From Raja brachyura (Eukaryota), in NCBI GenBank assembly GCA_963514005.1, contig OY740818.1, forward strand, positions 24,862,001 through 24,926,000: a stretch of DNA of 64,000 nt, written 5' to 3'. Under the pieces are notes generated by a model that saw only the letters and a list, made by a program, of their open reading frames with translations, did no database searches and had not been told where the DNA came from. A program made the position numbers and the translations under genes. Numbering within the stretch: the stretch's first letter is position 1; the number at the start of each line of letters is the position of its first letter. Positions 48,030 through 60,459 of this stretch are shown here, piece after piece.

Positions 48030-49400
48030 ACAGTGACACTTACAAACTTCTACAGATGCACCACAGAAAGCGTCATGTCAGATTGCATCACAGCTAGGTT
48101 TGGGAACAGCTCTGCCCAAGGCCACAAACAATTGCAGAGTTGTGTATGTAGCCCAGTCCATCGCACAGACCACACTCCCCACCATTGTAGATGTAGCCCA
48201 GTCCCACACAGACCACACTCCCCACCATTGTAGATGTGGCCCAGTGCCACACACACCACACTCCCCACCATTGTAGATGTAACCCAGCCCATCACACACA
48301 CCACACTCCCCACCATTGTAGATGTAACCCAGCCCATCACACACACCACACTCCCCACCATTGTAGATGTGGCCCAGTCCCACACACACCACACTCCCCA
48401 CCATTGTAGATGTAGCCCAGTCCCACACACACCACACTCCCCACCATTGTAGATGTAGCCCAGCCCCACACACACCACACTCCCCACCATTGTAGATGTG
48501 GCCCAGTCCCACACACACAGACCACACTCCCCACCATTGTAGATGTGGCCCAGTCCCACACACACCACACTCCCCACCATTGTGGATGTGGCCCAGTCCC
48601 ACACACACAGACCACACTCCCCACCATTGTAGATGTGGCCCAGTCCCACACAGTCCACACTCCCCACCATTGTAGATGTGGCCCAGTCCCACACACACCA
48701 CACTCCCCACCATTGTAGATGTAGCCCAGTCCCTCACAGACCACACTCCCCACCATTGTAGATGTGGCCCAGTCCCACACACACCACACTCCCCACCATT
48801 GTGGATGTGGCCCAGTCCCACACACACAGACCACACTCCCCACCATTGTAGATGTGGCCCAGTCCCACACACACCACACTCCCCACCATTGTAGATGTAG
48901 CCCAGTCCCACACACACCACACTCCCCACCATTGTAGATGTAGCCCAGTCCATCACACACACCACACTCCCCACCACTGACTCTATCTACACTTCACATT
49001 GCCTCGGCAAAGCAGCCGACATCATCAAAGACTTGTCCCACCCCGGTCATTCCTTCTTCTCCCTGCTTCCATCTAGCATAAGGTACAGAAGCTTGAAAGC
49101 GCGCACCACCAGACTCAGGAACAGCTGCTTCCCCTCTGTTATCAGGCTTCTGAACGATCCTTCCATAAGCCCGGGTACTGTCCGATTCACCTCTACCCCA
49201 TTGCGGACATTGGTCTTTGTCTCTGGAACTGATGCGCTACAATGCTGAGAACTATATTCTGCACTCTGTATCTTCCCCTTTGCTCTACCTGTTGTACTGG
49301 AGTTAGATTTGATCATATTTATGCATGGTATATCTGATCTGTTAAAGCGGGCAAACAAAGCTTGTCACTGTACCTCAGCACACGTGATAATGATAAACCT
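48030..49400 (+). mobile_element. Rex1/Babar-type LINE 3' part carrying an internal minisatellite
   Basis: LTNFYRCTTESVMSDCITARFGNSSAQ before the array and HPGHSFFSLLPSSIRYRSLKARTTRLRNSCFPSVIRLLN after it; 3' UTR and tail. Confidence 0.9.
48140..48979. repeat. minisatellite, 19 copies of a 43/45/47-bp unit
   Basis: TTGTAGATGT(A/G)GCCCAGTCCCACACACACCACACTCCCCACCA. Confidence 0.97.
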
Positions 49401-52009
49401 AAAATCAACAAACATTACAATTTTCATTTAAACAATAAAAGACAAAGATTTGTTATCGCCTCAGTGACCTACTTTAAGAAATCCACAAACAATTTGTAAA
49501 GCGGAGCAAGTTCTGCAAATCTCCGGAAGCCACACAGATCTCCACTGACGGGAACATCAGATGCTGCCAAGCTTCCTCGGAAAGAATGTCTGACCCGTGA
49601 CCTTGGCATTTATTCGGTGTGGGAGCTGTTGATTTATTTAGAAATTCTACATCTCTGAGCATTGTTTTAGGGGACAGTTTAGTTGACGTGAACTGGTTGG
49701 GGAATATTATTTTGTTTTTTAATTTATGGGAAAGTTAAACATTAGCTGCAGCTAAAAAAAGGCTGAGATAGAGAATGTGGTAAACAAATGGGATTATATT
49801 GTTGCATTCCTGTTTATCTCAAAACACGGCCACAATATTGTATCATAGTCACGACAACCAGTGATGTGTGATGGCATCTCACAGCTGCTCAAGACAAGGA
49901 TAAGCTGTTGTTCTTCATCATCACTGATCTGATTTTGAATTTCCTGCCCAGGGAGAGATCTTTGACCTAGAACGTGGATCTTCTTTGGATAAGGCTAATG
50001 AAAGCCATAGTGTGATGGAGTTGCACAGCATGGAAGCAGGCCCTTCAGCCCACCCTGTCCATGCTGCCAAGTTGGCATTCAGGGCTAGACTGATTCACAT
50101 GGAAAACATAGAAAATAGGTGCAGGAGTAGGCCATTCAGCCCTTCGAGCCAGCACCGCCATTCAATAGGATCATGGCTGATCATCCAGAATCAGTACCCT
50201 GTTCCTGCTTTCTCTCCGTATCCCTTGATTCCGTTAGCCCTAAGAGCAAAATCTCTTGAACACATCTCTTGAACACATCATGCCTGCATTTTGGCCATGT
50301 CCCAGGCATTTGGGATGTCATTGAGTGGCTGGGAAGATGCTCAGTAGCAAGCTGCCAGTGCTTTCTCGGCTGTGCCTTCAGTGTTGGCAACAGCAGTTCT
50401 GGCCAACATACATGGTTTACACCAGTCAGTACACTGAAGCACTTGGAGGAGGGGCGTAGAATAACATGGATGAGACAAGAGAGACTTTGCAGAGGGAAGA
50501 CTGAGATGAAACTCCCATGCTCTTCATGTTTCTAATCCACTCAGCGAAACATAGAAAGTAGGCACAAGAGGAGGCCATTTGGCCCTTTGAGCCAGCACTG
50601 CCATTCATTGTGATCATGGCTGATCCTCCACAATCAGTACCATGTGGCTAATTTCCTGGGGATGGGAGGGGGGTGAACCATCATCAGACGAAGCAAAACA
50701 AGAACCAACGTGGCTGCAAGGGCAAAGACATCCAGGGAAGCCTCCTGCAGATGGTGACCCTGTCTGCTATTAATCGCTTTGTCAGGGTAAGAGGCATCTG
50801 GGCTAAAGTATCACTTTCCCTGCTCCAAGGAAACCAGCTGCAAGCTAAATATTGACAATAAGAAGTTCTCACAGGTAATTTACATAAGTGACAGGATGCT
50901 CGACTTTGTGCAATAACAGACAGTAAGGATCTGCAGTAACACTCAATGCTTTAAACCACCAATGGATACAACAAAAAAAAGCATTAAAGTATCAAAGATC
51001 GAGGAGATGCCACAGCCACGTCTAAGTTTGCTTTGCCCTCTGAACTGCGATTCTCTGGAACTCATTAACCCCGGATCACAGAGCTCCTCTCCAGCACTGA
51101 AGGACATCCTCGTTGAGGTTAGCGCTGTGTTTCCAACTGCAGTAACTTCCACTGTGAGTGTCTGGTGTTCGACAAGCCTCAGTAAACATGGACGGACCAT
51201 GGCAGATTCCTCAGTCAGCTTGAAAACCTTAAATGTTCAGCCTTAAATACAGATAGACACAAAGTGCTGGAGCAACTCACAGGTCAGGCAGCATCCCTGG
51301 AGAAAAGGAACAGGTGTCGTTTCAGGTCGGCACCCTTCTTCAGACAATTGCATCGAACATGAACCAGGTTCAAACCAGCATCTGCAGTTCCTTCCAACAC
51401 ATTCAACCTTAAATGAAATGGTTAAGGGTCTAAGTACATTTGAATCGGCAAATGTCAAGATCTATTAGTCTGCGGGACAGATTATTCCAGTTTTGTAGTC
51501 CTCGGGCAAATAGTTCTGTTGTTGTTCTAGGTTTCCTTTGCGTGTCTCGGACTTCCTTCCTTCAGGATAGGGCTTGTGTTCACCTTCTATGAACCATGTA
51601 CCTGACCTAGAACTGCCTCCACACTCGTCACTCCAGCTTGTCAGAAGCAATCTCCGCTCCTGCCGCACTGCTCCACCCTGCAGCTTTCTCCCACTATTGT
51701 CCACCCTCCCTGTGCTGCAGTCTTCCTCATGAGGCCAGGTCACACAACCCACCACACCCTGGAGATGAATCTTGATGTGGTCTGGACACAGCCCAGATCT
51801 GCTGTTGTCCTCCTTGCCATCGACCTGGCTTTCTCCATTCTTTCTCCATTGAGAGAGAGTTTATTTCTACTCATTTGTTTTCACATTTTATCTACACCTG
51901 GAAGGAATTTATTAAACAATATTCAATAGACAATAGGTGCAGGAGTAGGCCATTCGGCCCTTCGAGCCAGCACCGCCTTTCACTGTGATCATGGCTGATA
52001 TTCCGGCCA

Positions 52010-52697
52010 TTGAGCTAGTAGAGTTGCTGCCAGGGATCCACATTTGATCCTGATCTGACCTCATTGAAACTCACCAAAGAGTGAAAGGCTTGGACAGAGT
52101 GGATGTGGAGAGGATGTTTCCACTAGTGGGAGAGTTGAGGACCAGAGGTCACGGCCTCAGAATAGCAGGACATTCCTTTAATAAGTAGATGAGGAGGAAT
52201 TTCTTTAGTCAGAGGGTGGTGAATCTGTGGAATTCTTTGCCACAGAGGCTGTGGAGGTCAAGTCAGTGGATATTTTTAAGACAAAGATAGATAGATTCTT
52301 GATTTGTACGGGTGTCAGGGGTTATGGGAAGAAGGCAGGAGAATGGGGTTAGGAGAGAGAGATAGATCAGCCATGATTGAATGGCAGAATGGATGATGGG
52401 CCGAATGGCATAATTCTGCTCCAATCACATGAGTCTGACCTTATGACCTTGGATGCTGTCTGTGTGGAGTTTCTACGTTCTCCCTGTGGCCACCTGGGTT
52501 TCCTCGGGTTGCTCTGGTTTCCTCCAACATGTCATAGACATGCAGGGGTGCAGGTTCGTTGACCCTCGGTAAATTGTCCCTAGTGTGTGGGGAGCGGATG
52601 AGAAAGTGGGATAGCATTGTCAACGTGTGATCGCTGGTCGGCGTGGACTCGATGGGCCAAAGGGCCTGTTTCCATGCTGTATCTCTAAACTAAATAA
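52010..52697 (+). mobile_element. SINE interrupted by a CR1 3' fragment (~52059-52445)
   Basis: SINE head TTTGATCCTGA.. resumes as TGACCTTGGATGCTGTCTGTGTGGAGTTT after the CR1 (FFSQRVVNLWNSLPQRLWRS..). Confidence 0.8.
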
Positions 52698-53419
52698 ACT
52701 CTTAAGGATCTCAGGACAATCCCATTACCCACACTCATCTGATTATTTATTTGTAACTCATTCTCTCTCATTGTCCGCACCTGATTTGACTGAGTAGCAA
52801 ACAAACACAAGCTTTGCACTGGACCTCGGTACACGTGACAATAAGTTCCAATGCCCATATTACATTGCACATTCGATGCATGGGATTTAAATCCGTCAGT
52901 CCTTTTCTCACCGAACTGTCCAAGTGCTGCCTGTGCTTTGCCAGAGGAAGAGGCTCTTAACTAGCCTCGATCTTCGCGGAAACACCAGCGAACACTAGTT
53001 CCACACGATATCACTCAACTACAGTCTTCCCACAAATACTCTGTTTCCCTTTTTAACCTAACCTCCTTATCCAGGGCCACATACTCCTCTGGATTCTCAT
53101 GACAAGTTTTTTGACTTCATTATAAATAATTCATATGGAACTTATCAAAAAGGATTCCTCAAAATCCAAACAAAATATTGAATCCTATGTCAGCACTGGG
53201 ACAATGCGCACAATTCATAATTAGTTTGTGATGTTGTTCGCGGGTATGAATACCATCACATTAACCTCCAAAAAATGTAAAGCTAGATTTTCAAATGGTT
53301 TAAATATTGCAGAAAAAGTATTTGTTAATTTAGGCACAGACTCTTAGGTACGTAAGCGGCGAGTTGGACAACGATCTGCCACATGCATGGAACAACCTGC
53401 GTACAGGCAACTTTGCGTT

Positions 53420-53965
53420 ATAGTCATAGAGTGATACAGTGTGGAAACAGGCCCTTCGGCCCAACTTGCCCACACCGGCCAACATGTCCCAGCTACACTA
53501 GTCCCTCCAGCCTGCGCTTGGATATCCCTCCAAACCTGTCCTATCTATGGTACACAAAATGCTGGAGAAACTCAGCGGGTGCAGCAGCATCTATGGAGCG
53601 AAGGAGATAGGCGACGTTACGGGCCGAAACCCTTCTTCAGACTGATAACAGACTCTGTCCTATCTATGTACCTGTCTAATTGTTTCTTAAACGATGGGAT
53701 AGTCCTAGCCTCAACTATCTCCTCTGGCAGCTTGTTCCACACACCCAGCACCCTTTGTGTGAAAAAGTTACCCCTATTAAATATTTTCCCCTTCATTTGA
53801 ACCTATGTCCTCTGGTCCTTGATTCCTCTACTCTGGGCATCGACCCGATCTATTTCTCTCATGGTTTTGTACTCCTCTATAAGATCTCCCCTCATCCTCC
53901 TGCGCTCCAAGGAATAGAGGCCCAGCCTGCTCAACCTCTCCCTATAGCTCACACCCTCTGGTCCT
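53420..53965 (-). mobile_element. CR1 3' fragment interrupted by a Penelope pLTR arm (~53551-53646)
   Basis: LPGPEGVSYRERLSRLGLYSLERRRMRGDLIEEYKTMR; CTGTCCTATCTATG duplicated on both sides of the pLTR. Confidence 0.85.
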
Positions 53966-54011
53966 GGTAATGATGTAAAACACTGCCTTAGCTGTTGCAT
54001 GGTGCTATATG

Positions 54012-54490
54012 TGGGCGGCACAGTGACACAGCTGGTCGAGCTGCTGCCTCACAGGGCTGGAGAGATGGCGTTGATCCTGACCTCAGGTGCTGTCTGCGCT
54101 GCATTTACACCTTCTCCCCGTGACCGCGTGGGTTTCCTCTGCGTGCTTCAGTTCCTTCCACATCCTAAAGACATGTTGGTTTGTAGGTTTACAGTCAAGA
54201 GTGTAATAATGTCAGATGCCCCAAAATGACGGAACAATAACATTCCTACTAGCAGCAGTACACCAGATATGTAAACATAGTACTCTGTAAAACCCACAAT
54301 AAACGCACACAAAAATCAGTAGATATTCAGAAAAACAGACTAATAAAAATAATAAATAACAAATAATAGTTAATTGGCCTCAGTAAACCTGTTCCTCGTG
54401 TGCAGGGAATGGGTAGGTGGGATAACATAGAACTAGTGTGAACAGGTGAGTGATGGTCGACATGGACTCAGTTTCCACGCTATAACTAAA
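54012..54490 (+). mobile_element. HE1/V-SINE interrupted by an inverted LINE tail (~54190-54368)
   Basis: TTTGTAGGTT|TAATTGGCCTC consensus resumes after the insert. Confidence 0.7.
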
Positions 54491-55027
54491 TTTGTTAACA
54501 AAATCAGAAACACATTGTGGAGATATTTTTGGGAATAATGTTATTCATGAAGTGTGATTAAAATTTTCAGAATTCTGGAATTTTCCCAAGAAATAGACAT
54601 TTCAATCTTTTTCAGTTTGTTCCATTGAGTATTTTATGTTTATTCGTGCTCTTTAGGAAGTCGGGTTTGTGTGATGGACTGGGCTACATCTACAACTCTG
54701 ACAATGAATGCAAAGTGAGAGAATCTAAAATGATGGTCAACGTGACATTGACGTGACCTCTAATGTGTCAGATCCAAAATCAACCTTCATCCTTGGTTCC
54801 AATTCACAACCATTAGCTCAGCATGTTGAGCATTGTCATGAAGTAATTGAGCACGGAAACAGGCCCTTCAGCCCAACTCATCCATGCCGACCACATTGAC
54901 AATCGAAGATAGTCTTGTTTGCAGCGGATTGACCCATATCCCTCAACACTTGAAGCATTGTCTTTATGTTGTGTTACCACGCCTGCTCCAGTTGCCTCCT
55001 GTCACTCCTGAATGCACACAATATTTA

Positions 55028-55262
55028 ATCCCACTTTCTCATCCACCACCTACACACTGGGGGCAATTTACAGAGGGCCAATTAACCCACAAACCCGCGC
55101 GTCTTTGGAACGTGGGAGGAAACCAGAGCACCTGGAAGAAACCCACGCTGTCACAGGAAGCATGTGCAAACTCCACACAGACAGCATTCGAGGTCAGGAT
55201 TGAACCCAGGCCACTGGCGCTGTGAGGCAGCAGCTCCACCTGCTGCGCCACCGTGTCGCCCT
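55028..55262 (-). mobile_element. HE1/V-SINE-type SINE
   Basis: consensus on minus strand. Confidence 0.85.
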
Positions 55263-55796
55263 GGTAGAATTCATCAGACCTGCCAAGCAGGTCCCAGCCC
55301 ACACACTTACCCTGGCCATTCACTGTGCTGCAAGCTGGGGTAATATAGATGGTGACAGCATGGTCAACAAGGGGAACCTTCACCCTGGGATTAGGCAGTG
55401 ACTGGTTACGGACAAATAGTGAGTGAGGAATGACTTGGTGCCTGGGAATCCTGCCTAGTTTGGCGCATAATTGGCAGCGACACTCTGCTGAGACTGATTC
55501 CATTTCACATGAATTACCCAACACATCACGGCCACGATAAATCACCCAATGAAGGAAATGCAGAGACAATTCCAAACACTTCATGATTCATGAAAGAGCG
55601 GCAAAAGTTGAGAATTATGCTCGCTGTTAAAGTCTGCTTTCACCAGCTGCCAGCAATTAGATCTAACCCCCTGCCCTTCCTCCACAACTTGTTGCATGTT
55701 TACAAATCTGCACAGACCATTGGTGGCTCCGCACATTCCTCATTCAATGCTTCACCTCGTCTCTTTCACAGTCCTAGACAAAATTAGGGACATCCA

Positions 55797-56522
55797 GGGG
55801 CGATACAGCTCTCAACCGGGTTCAGTCCTGACCTCGGGTGCTGTCTGTGTGGAGTTTGCACGTTTTCCTGTGACCATGTGTAAATTGTCCTGAGTTTGTA
55901 TAGAGCAGATGTGAAAGGGGGATAACATAGAACTAGCGTGGACGGGTGATCGATGATCAGCATGGGTTCGGTACGCTGAAGGGCCTTTTTCCATGCATCT
56001 CTAAACTAACTAAAGGCGGCATGGTGGTGCAGTGGTAGAGCTAATGACTTAGAGCGCCAGAAACCTGGGTTAGATCTGTAAGGAGTTTGTATGTTCTCCC
56101 TGTGACCGTGTGGGTTTTCTCCAGGTGCTCTGGTTTCCTCCCACATTCCAAAGGTTTGTAGGTGAATATGTGTAGGATAGAACTAGTGTATGGGTGATCA
56201 CTGGTTGGTGTGGACTCGATGGGCCGAATGGCCTGTTTCCACGTGGTATCTCTACACAGGTTCGATCCTGACTACAGGTGCTGTCTGTACGGAGTTTCTA
56301 CGTTCTCCCAGTGACTGTATGGATTTTCACCAAGATCTTCAGTTTCCTCCAACACTCCGAAGACGCACAGGTTTGTAGGTTAATTGGCTTAGTTTAAGTG
56401 TAAAATTGGCCAGTGTGTGTGTGTGTCAGATAATGGTAATGTGCGGGGATCACTGGTTAGTGCGGACCCGGTGGGCCGAAGGGCCTGTTTCCACGCTCTC
56501 TCTCTAAACTAAACTAAACTAG
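55797..56522 (+). mobile_element. three HE1/V-SINE copies head-to-tail
   Basis: units start near 55797, 56015 and 56258; each ends in the GGGCCGAA.GGCCTG..CC..TCTCTA tail. Confidence 0.8.
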
Positions 56523-57703
56523 ACAACGATTTCTCAGTTGGGTGACGGGCATGGTCTGAAGACAGAGGGAAAGGACAAAGAGATGATATAAACATTTATA
56601 CAAGCTGAACAAAAACAATGTTTTTCTCATTCCTTTGATATAATTTGTATTTTAAAAATAAGAAAATTACCATTGAACGGAAGTGACTCTCTGCTTAAAA
56701 TGTACACAAAAGGATGAACGTTGTTTGAACGATGCAGTGTGGAAGGAGGCCCTTCGGCCCAGTCTCCATCACCTGTTCATGCTAGCTCTATGCTAACCCA
56801 CTTTCTCACCCACTCCCTACACACTCGGGGCAATTTACAGAGGGCTGATTAACCTACAAACCCGCACGTCTTTGGGATGTGGGATTGCAACCTAGATCTG
56901 TGTCCCCTCTTCCCCATCTCTCTTTGCCTTGATTGTTTGAATACCTTGCATGCACTGTTCCCACACCAAACCCTTTTTCCCGAATCGTACATGGTATCCC
57001 GATTTCATTGATCTACTTTTAAAATCCACTCTGTATTTTTGAATAAGGGGTGACATAGAACTATATGGCACAAGAACAGGCCCTTCAGCCCACAATATCT
57101 CTTGCAAACATGATGTCAAGACCATCTCTTATCTGCCTGCACAGAATCCACACTCTGCCATTTCCCGCATATCCATGTGACTAACAATACATCTTTTAAA
57201 TGTCTCTAATGTATCTGCTTCAATCACCACCCCCTTACAGGTTCCAGGCACCCACCACTTTCTGTGTAAGAAAAAAACTTGCCCTGCACATCTCCTTTAA
57301 ACGTTGCCCCTCTCACCTTAAAGCTGTGCCCTGTTGCATTGGATTTTTCTGCCGTGGGAAAAAAGATTCTGACCATCTACCTTATCTAGGTATCTCATAA
57401 TTTTATATACCTCTACCAGGTTTCCCCACAACCTCTGGCCTTCCAGAGAACACAATCCAAGTCAGCCCACCCTCTCCCTGTGGCAGGTGCCTGCTAATCC
57501 TGGCAGCATTCTGGTAAATCTCCTCTCCTTTCCAAAACCTCCACATCCTTCCTGTAATGGAGGTTTTGACCAGAGGTTTTGACCAGTTCCTGTAGTGACC
57601 AGAACGTTGACCAGCGGCCAAACCAACGTCTTATGAAGGGTTACACAAAAAGCTGGAGAAACTCGGCAGGTGCAGAAGCATCTAAGGAGCGAAGGAGATA
57701 GGC

Positions 57704-57731
57704 GACGTTTCGGGTTGAGACCCTTCTTCAG
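57704..57731 (-). ncRNA. minimal hammerhead core (left arm)
   Basis: reverse complement CTGAAGAAGGGTCTCAACCCGAAACGTC. Confidence 0.6.
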
Positions 57732-57734
57732 AGT

Positions 57735-57762
57735 CTGAAGAAGGGTCTCGACCCGAAACGTC
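57735..57762 (+). ncRNA. minimal hammerhead core (right arm, consensus-perfect)
   Basis: CTGAAGAAGGGTCTCGACCCGAAACGTC. Confidence 0.65.
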
Positions 57763-58663
57763 GCCTATCTCCTTCGCTCCTTAGATGTTGCTGCACCCGC
57801 ACCTGCAGCTTTGTCTGACTGCACCGCCATGCTGGAAAGTTTCTCCAGCTTTTTGTGTAACCCTCGATTCTCCAGCATCTGCAGTTCCTTCTTTAACACA
57901 ATGTCTTATGAAGCTGCCTCCATGATTACCAGAGTTCACCTGCACTTCCAGACTTCATTGACGATCACTGTACTACAAGCAGGCTGACTGACTGGAGAAT
58001 GGCAAACGCCATCTCTCTTGGTCAACTCTCCAGCAAGTCCAGATAGCAGGAACTCTGCCTTATTTTCCCAAATCCCCAGTCAAAGATTAACATGAACCAG
58101 AAATTCAACTTGCAATCTATTGATTGCTGCAACTCACCGGCACCCCAGTGGTCTATGTTCTTATTGGGACTCTGGACATTGCCACTGCCTAAGGTGACCA
58201 AACATCATCAATCAGTGTTTAACTCGAGAGAGAGAGAGAGAGAGAAGTCAGCCACAACTAATATATGATACAACGCAAGGCCAGACGGTCTAATCTGTTT
58301 ACTCTCCAGATTATAATTGGGCATTTTATTACTTTCAAAGCAGTAATTGTGGCATTTTAAATGATGTACAGAAGTAATTACAAGTGTATTGAGATGTGTG
58401 GATTTATATAAAAAGCACAGAACATCATAGTGGCAATTGTTAGCTCGAGATATTTGTCCTTAGTGTGAAATTCTGGCCACACCGTTACAGGAAGGATGAG
58501 GATTTGGAGAGGTTGCTGACCGGGTTTACCAGAACACTGCCCAAATTACAGAGTTTTAGCAAAACGAGGTTGGGAAAACGTGGCTAGTTTCCTCTGTAGC
58601 GTCGGAGGCTGAGATACGGCAAGATAGACGGTTTTTAAATTAACAAGTGCAGAGTTAGGCTTA

Positions 58664-59023
58664 TTCAGGCCAACTCGCTGGAATGATGGAACTCCGGTGT
58701 CGGTACGGAAGAACACTCTTGGAGTTTCCGAAGCGGCCGATTCCAGAGTTCCGTCATCCCGGCGAGAGGGCGTGAAACATCGGGTCGCCGTGCGGCGACT
58801 GCGGAGGCCTCGATAGCCCCAACCACGGGTGACCAACAGGAAGAGGACTGAACTTTACTGCCTTCCCTCACAGTGGGAAACGGTGATCCTGTTGTGGGGG
58901 GATGGTTTATGTTTTTTGTTAAATTCTATAGTGTTGCGTTTAATTTATTTGTGTGCTGCAAGGTAACTAAAATTTCACTGCACCAATTGGTGTATGTGAC
59001 AATAATGCCCTTTGTCCTTTGTC
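58664..59023 (+). mobile_element. non-autonomous retroelement with Rex1/Babar-type tail and 5' inverted duplication
   Basis: tail AATTTCACTGCACCAATTGGTGTATGTGACAATAA + (CCTTTGT)n; 34-bp imperfect inverted repeat 58664-58697 / 58743-58776. Confidence 0.65.
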
Positions 59024-59921
59024 AGTACCTTTTGGTATTTGGGAATGTTGAATACCAGTTATGTGTGAGCCATCAACTGCGTCCCAGTCCCCAGCCCCGT
59101 CCCTGCAAGATTAATTGTGATCACGTGAAGTCTTTATCACCGTGACAAAGCTTTCAACTGTACCTCAATACACGTGACTATACAAACTAAACTAAACTCT
59201 ACTGATCCAGGGCCCACTGAACATAAACATAGAATTATAAAATTATCCAACACTGAAACAGGACCTTCGGCCCATTTCGTCCATGTTAACTGTGCTGCTT
59301 TTCCAACGCTAGCTGTGGTGAACAAGAAATATAGAAATATAAAAACAGGTGCAGGAGTTGGCCATTCGGCCCTTTGACCCAACTATGATCATATATGATC
59401 ATGGCTGATCTTCCAGAATCAGTACCCCGTTCCTGCTTTCGCCCCATATCCCCTGATTCTGTTAGCCCTAAGAGCTAAATCTAACTCTCTCTTGAAGAAC
59501 ACGCATGTGACAGGCAGTGACTAACAATACAAGGTCTCCAGGAATGGCGATCTCGGAGCTGGAATTGATCCTGCGAGAGACTTACACTGGGATAATCAGT
59601 CCGAGATAGATCCTGAATGCCTGCTATTCTTCATTTGTGAATCTGTCAGCATTAAAATAAAAGCAGAGGGTTTAACAGCAAGGAGAGGAAGTACGTTTTA
59701 ATCATGTACTGTAGATAAAGGGAGAAATATTTTGAAAAACATTCCTGTTTTATACCAACAGAGGCAAGTTGCACTAAAACTGTCATGTTTTTTTCTGCTG
59801 CTTTTCCTTTGACATCCTCAAATAGTCAATCTCCATCCAATCCCAACGGGATGATCCATATTTAGTGGGCTGTAAATAAACATTAGACCAGATACTGGGG
59901 AGAGAATCTGATGACTGAATT

Positions 59922-60459
59922 GTAATCTGAGGAAAGACATTCTTGCCATAGAGGGAGTACAGAGAAGGTTCACCAGACTGATTCCTGGGATGGCAGGACT
60001 TCCATATGAAGAAAGACTGGATAGACTCGGCTTGTACTCACTGGAATTTAGAAGATTGAGGGGGGATCTCATAGAGACTTACAAAATTCTTAAGGGGTTG
60101 GACAGGCTAGATGCAGGAAGATTGTTCCTGATGTTGGGGAAGTCCAGGACAAGGGGTCACAGTTTAAGGATAAGGGGAAAGTCTTTTAGGACCGAGATGA
60201 GAAAATCATTTTTCACACAGAGAGTGGTGAATCTGTGGAATTCTCTGCCACAGAAGGTAGTTGAGGCCAGTTCGTTGGCTATATTTAAGAGGGAGTTAGA
60301 TGTGGTCCTTGTGGCTAAAGGGATCAGGGGGTATGGAGAGAAGGCAGGTACAGGATACTGAGTTGGATGATCAGCCATGATCATATTGAATGGCGGTGCA
60401 GGCTCAAAGGGCCGAATGGCCTACTCCTGCACCTATTTTCTATGTTTCTATGTTTCTAT
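59922..60459 (+). mobile_element. young CR1-clade LINE, 5'-truncated
   Basis: open frame NLRKDILAIEGVQRRFTRLIPGMAGLPYEERLDRLGLYSLEFRRLRGDL...GYGEKAGTGY*; (TTTCTATG)3 tail; very similar to 20099-20753. Confidence 0.95.

Larger units (their letters stand above)
57639..57898. mobile_element. fold-back Penelope pLTR insertion with 15-bp TSD
   Basis: TSD CAA(C/T)GTCTTATGAAG at 57624-57638 and 57899-57913; inverted arms meet at 57732-57734; ~34-nt one-sided tail. Confidence 0.9.
57050..57930 (-). mobile_element. CR1 3' fragment interrupted by a fold-back Penelope insertion
   Basis: CR1 motifs RFTRMLPGL, GKPGRGI, FKVRG, TQKVVGAWNL on minus strand. Confidence 0.8.

Noticed and set aside
48050-48977. 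Cys/Trp-rich 207-299 aa ORFs resembling keratin-associated or egg-case proteins
   Set aside because: Antisense translations of the 43-47-bp array inside a LINE; the frame shifts with each unit
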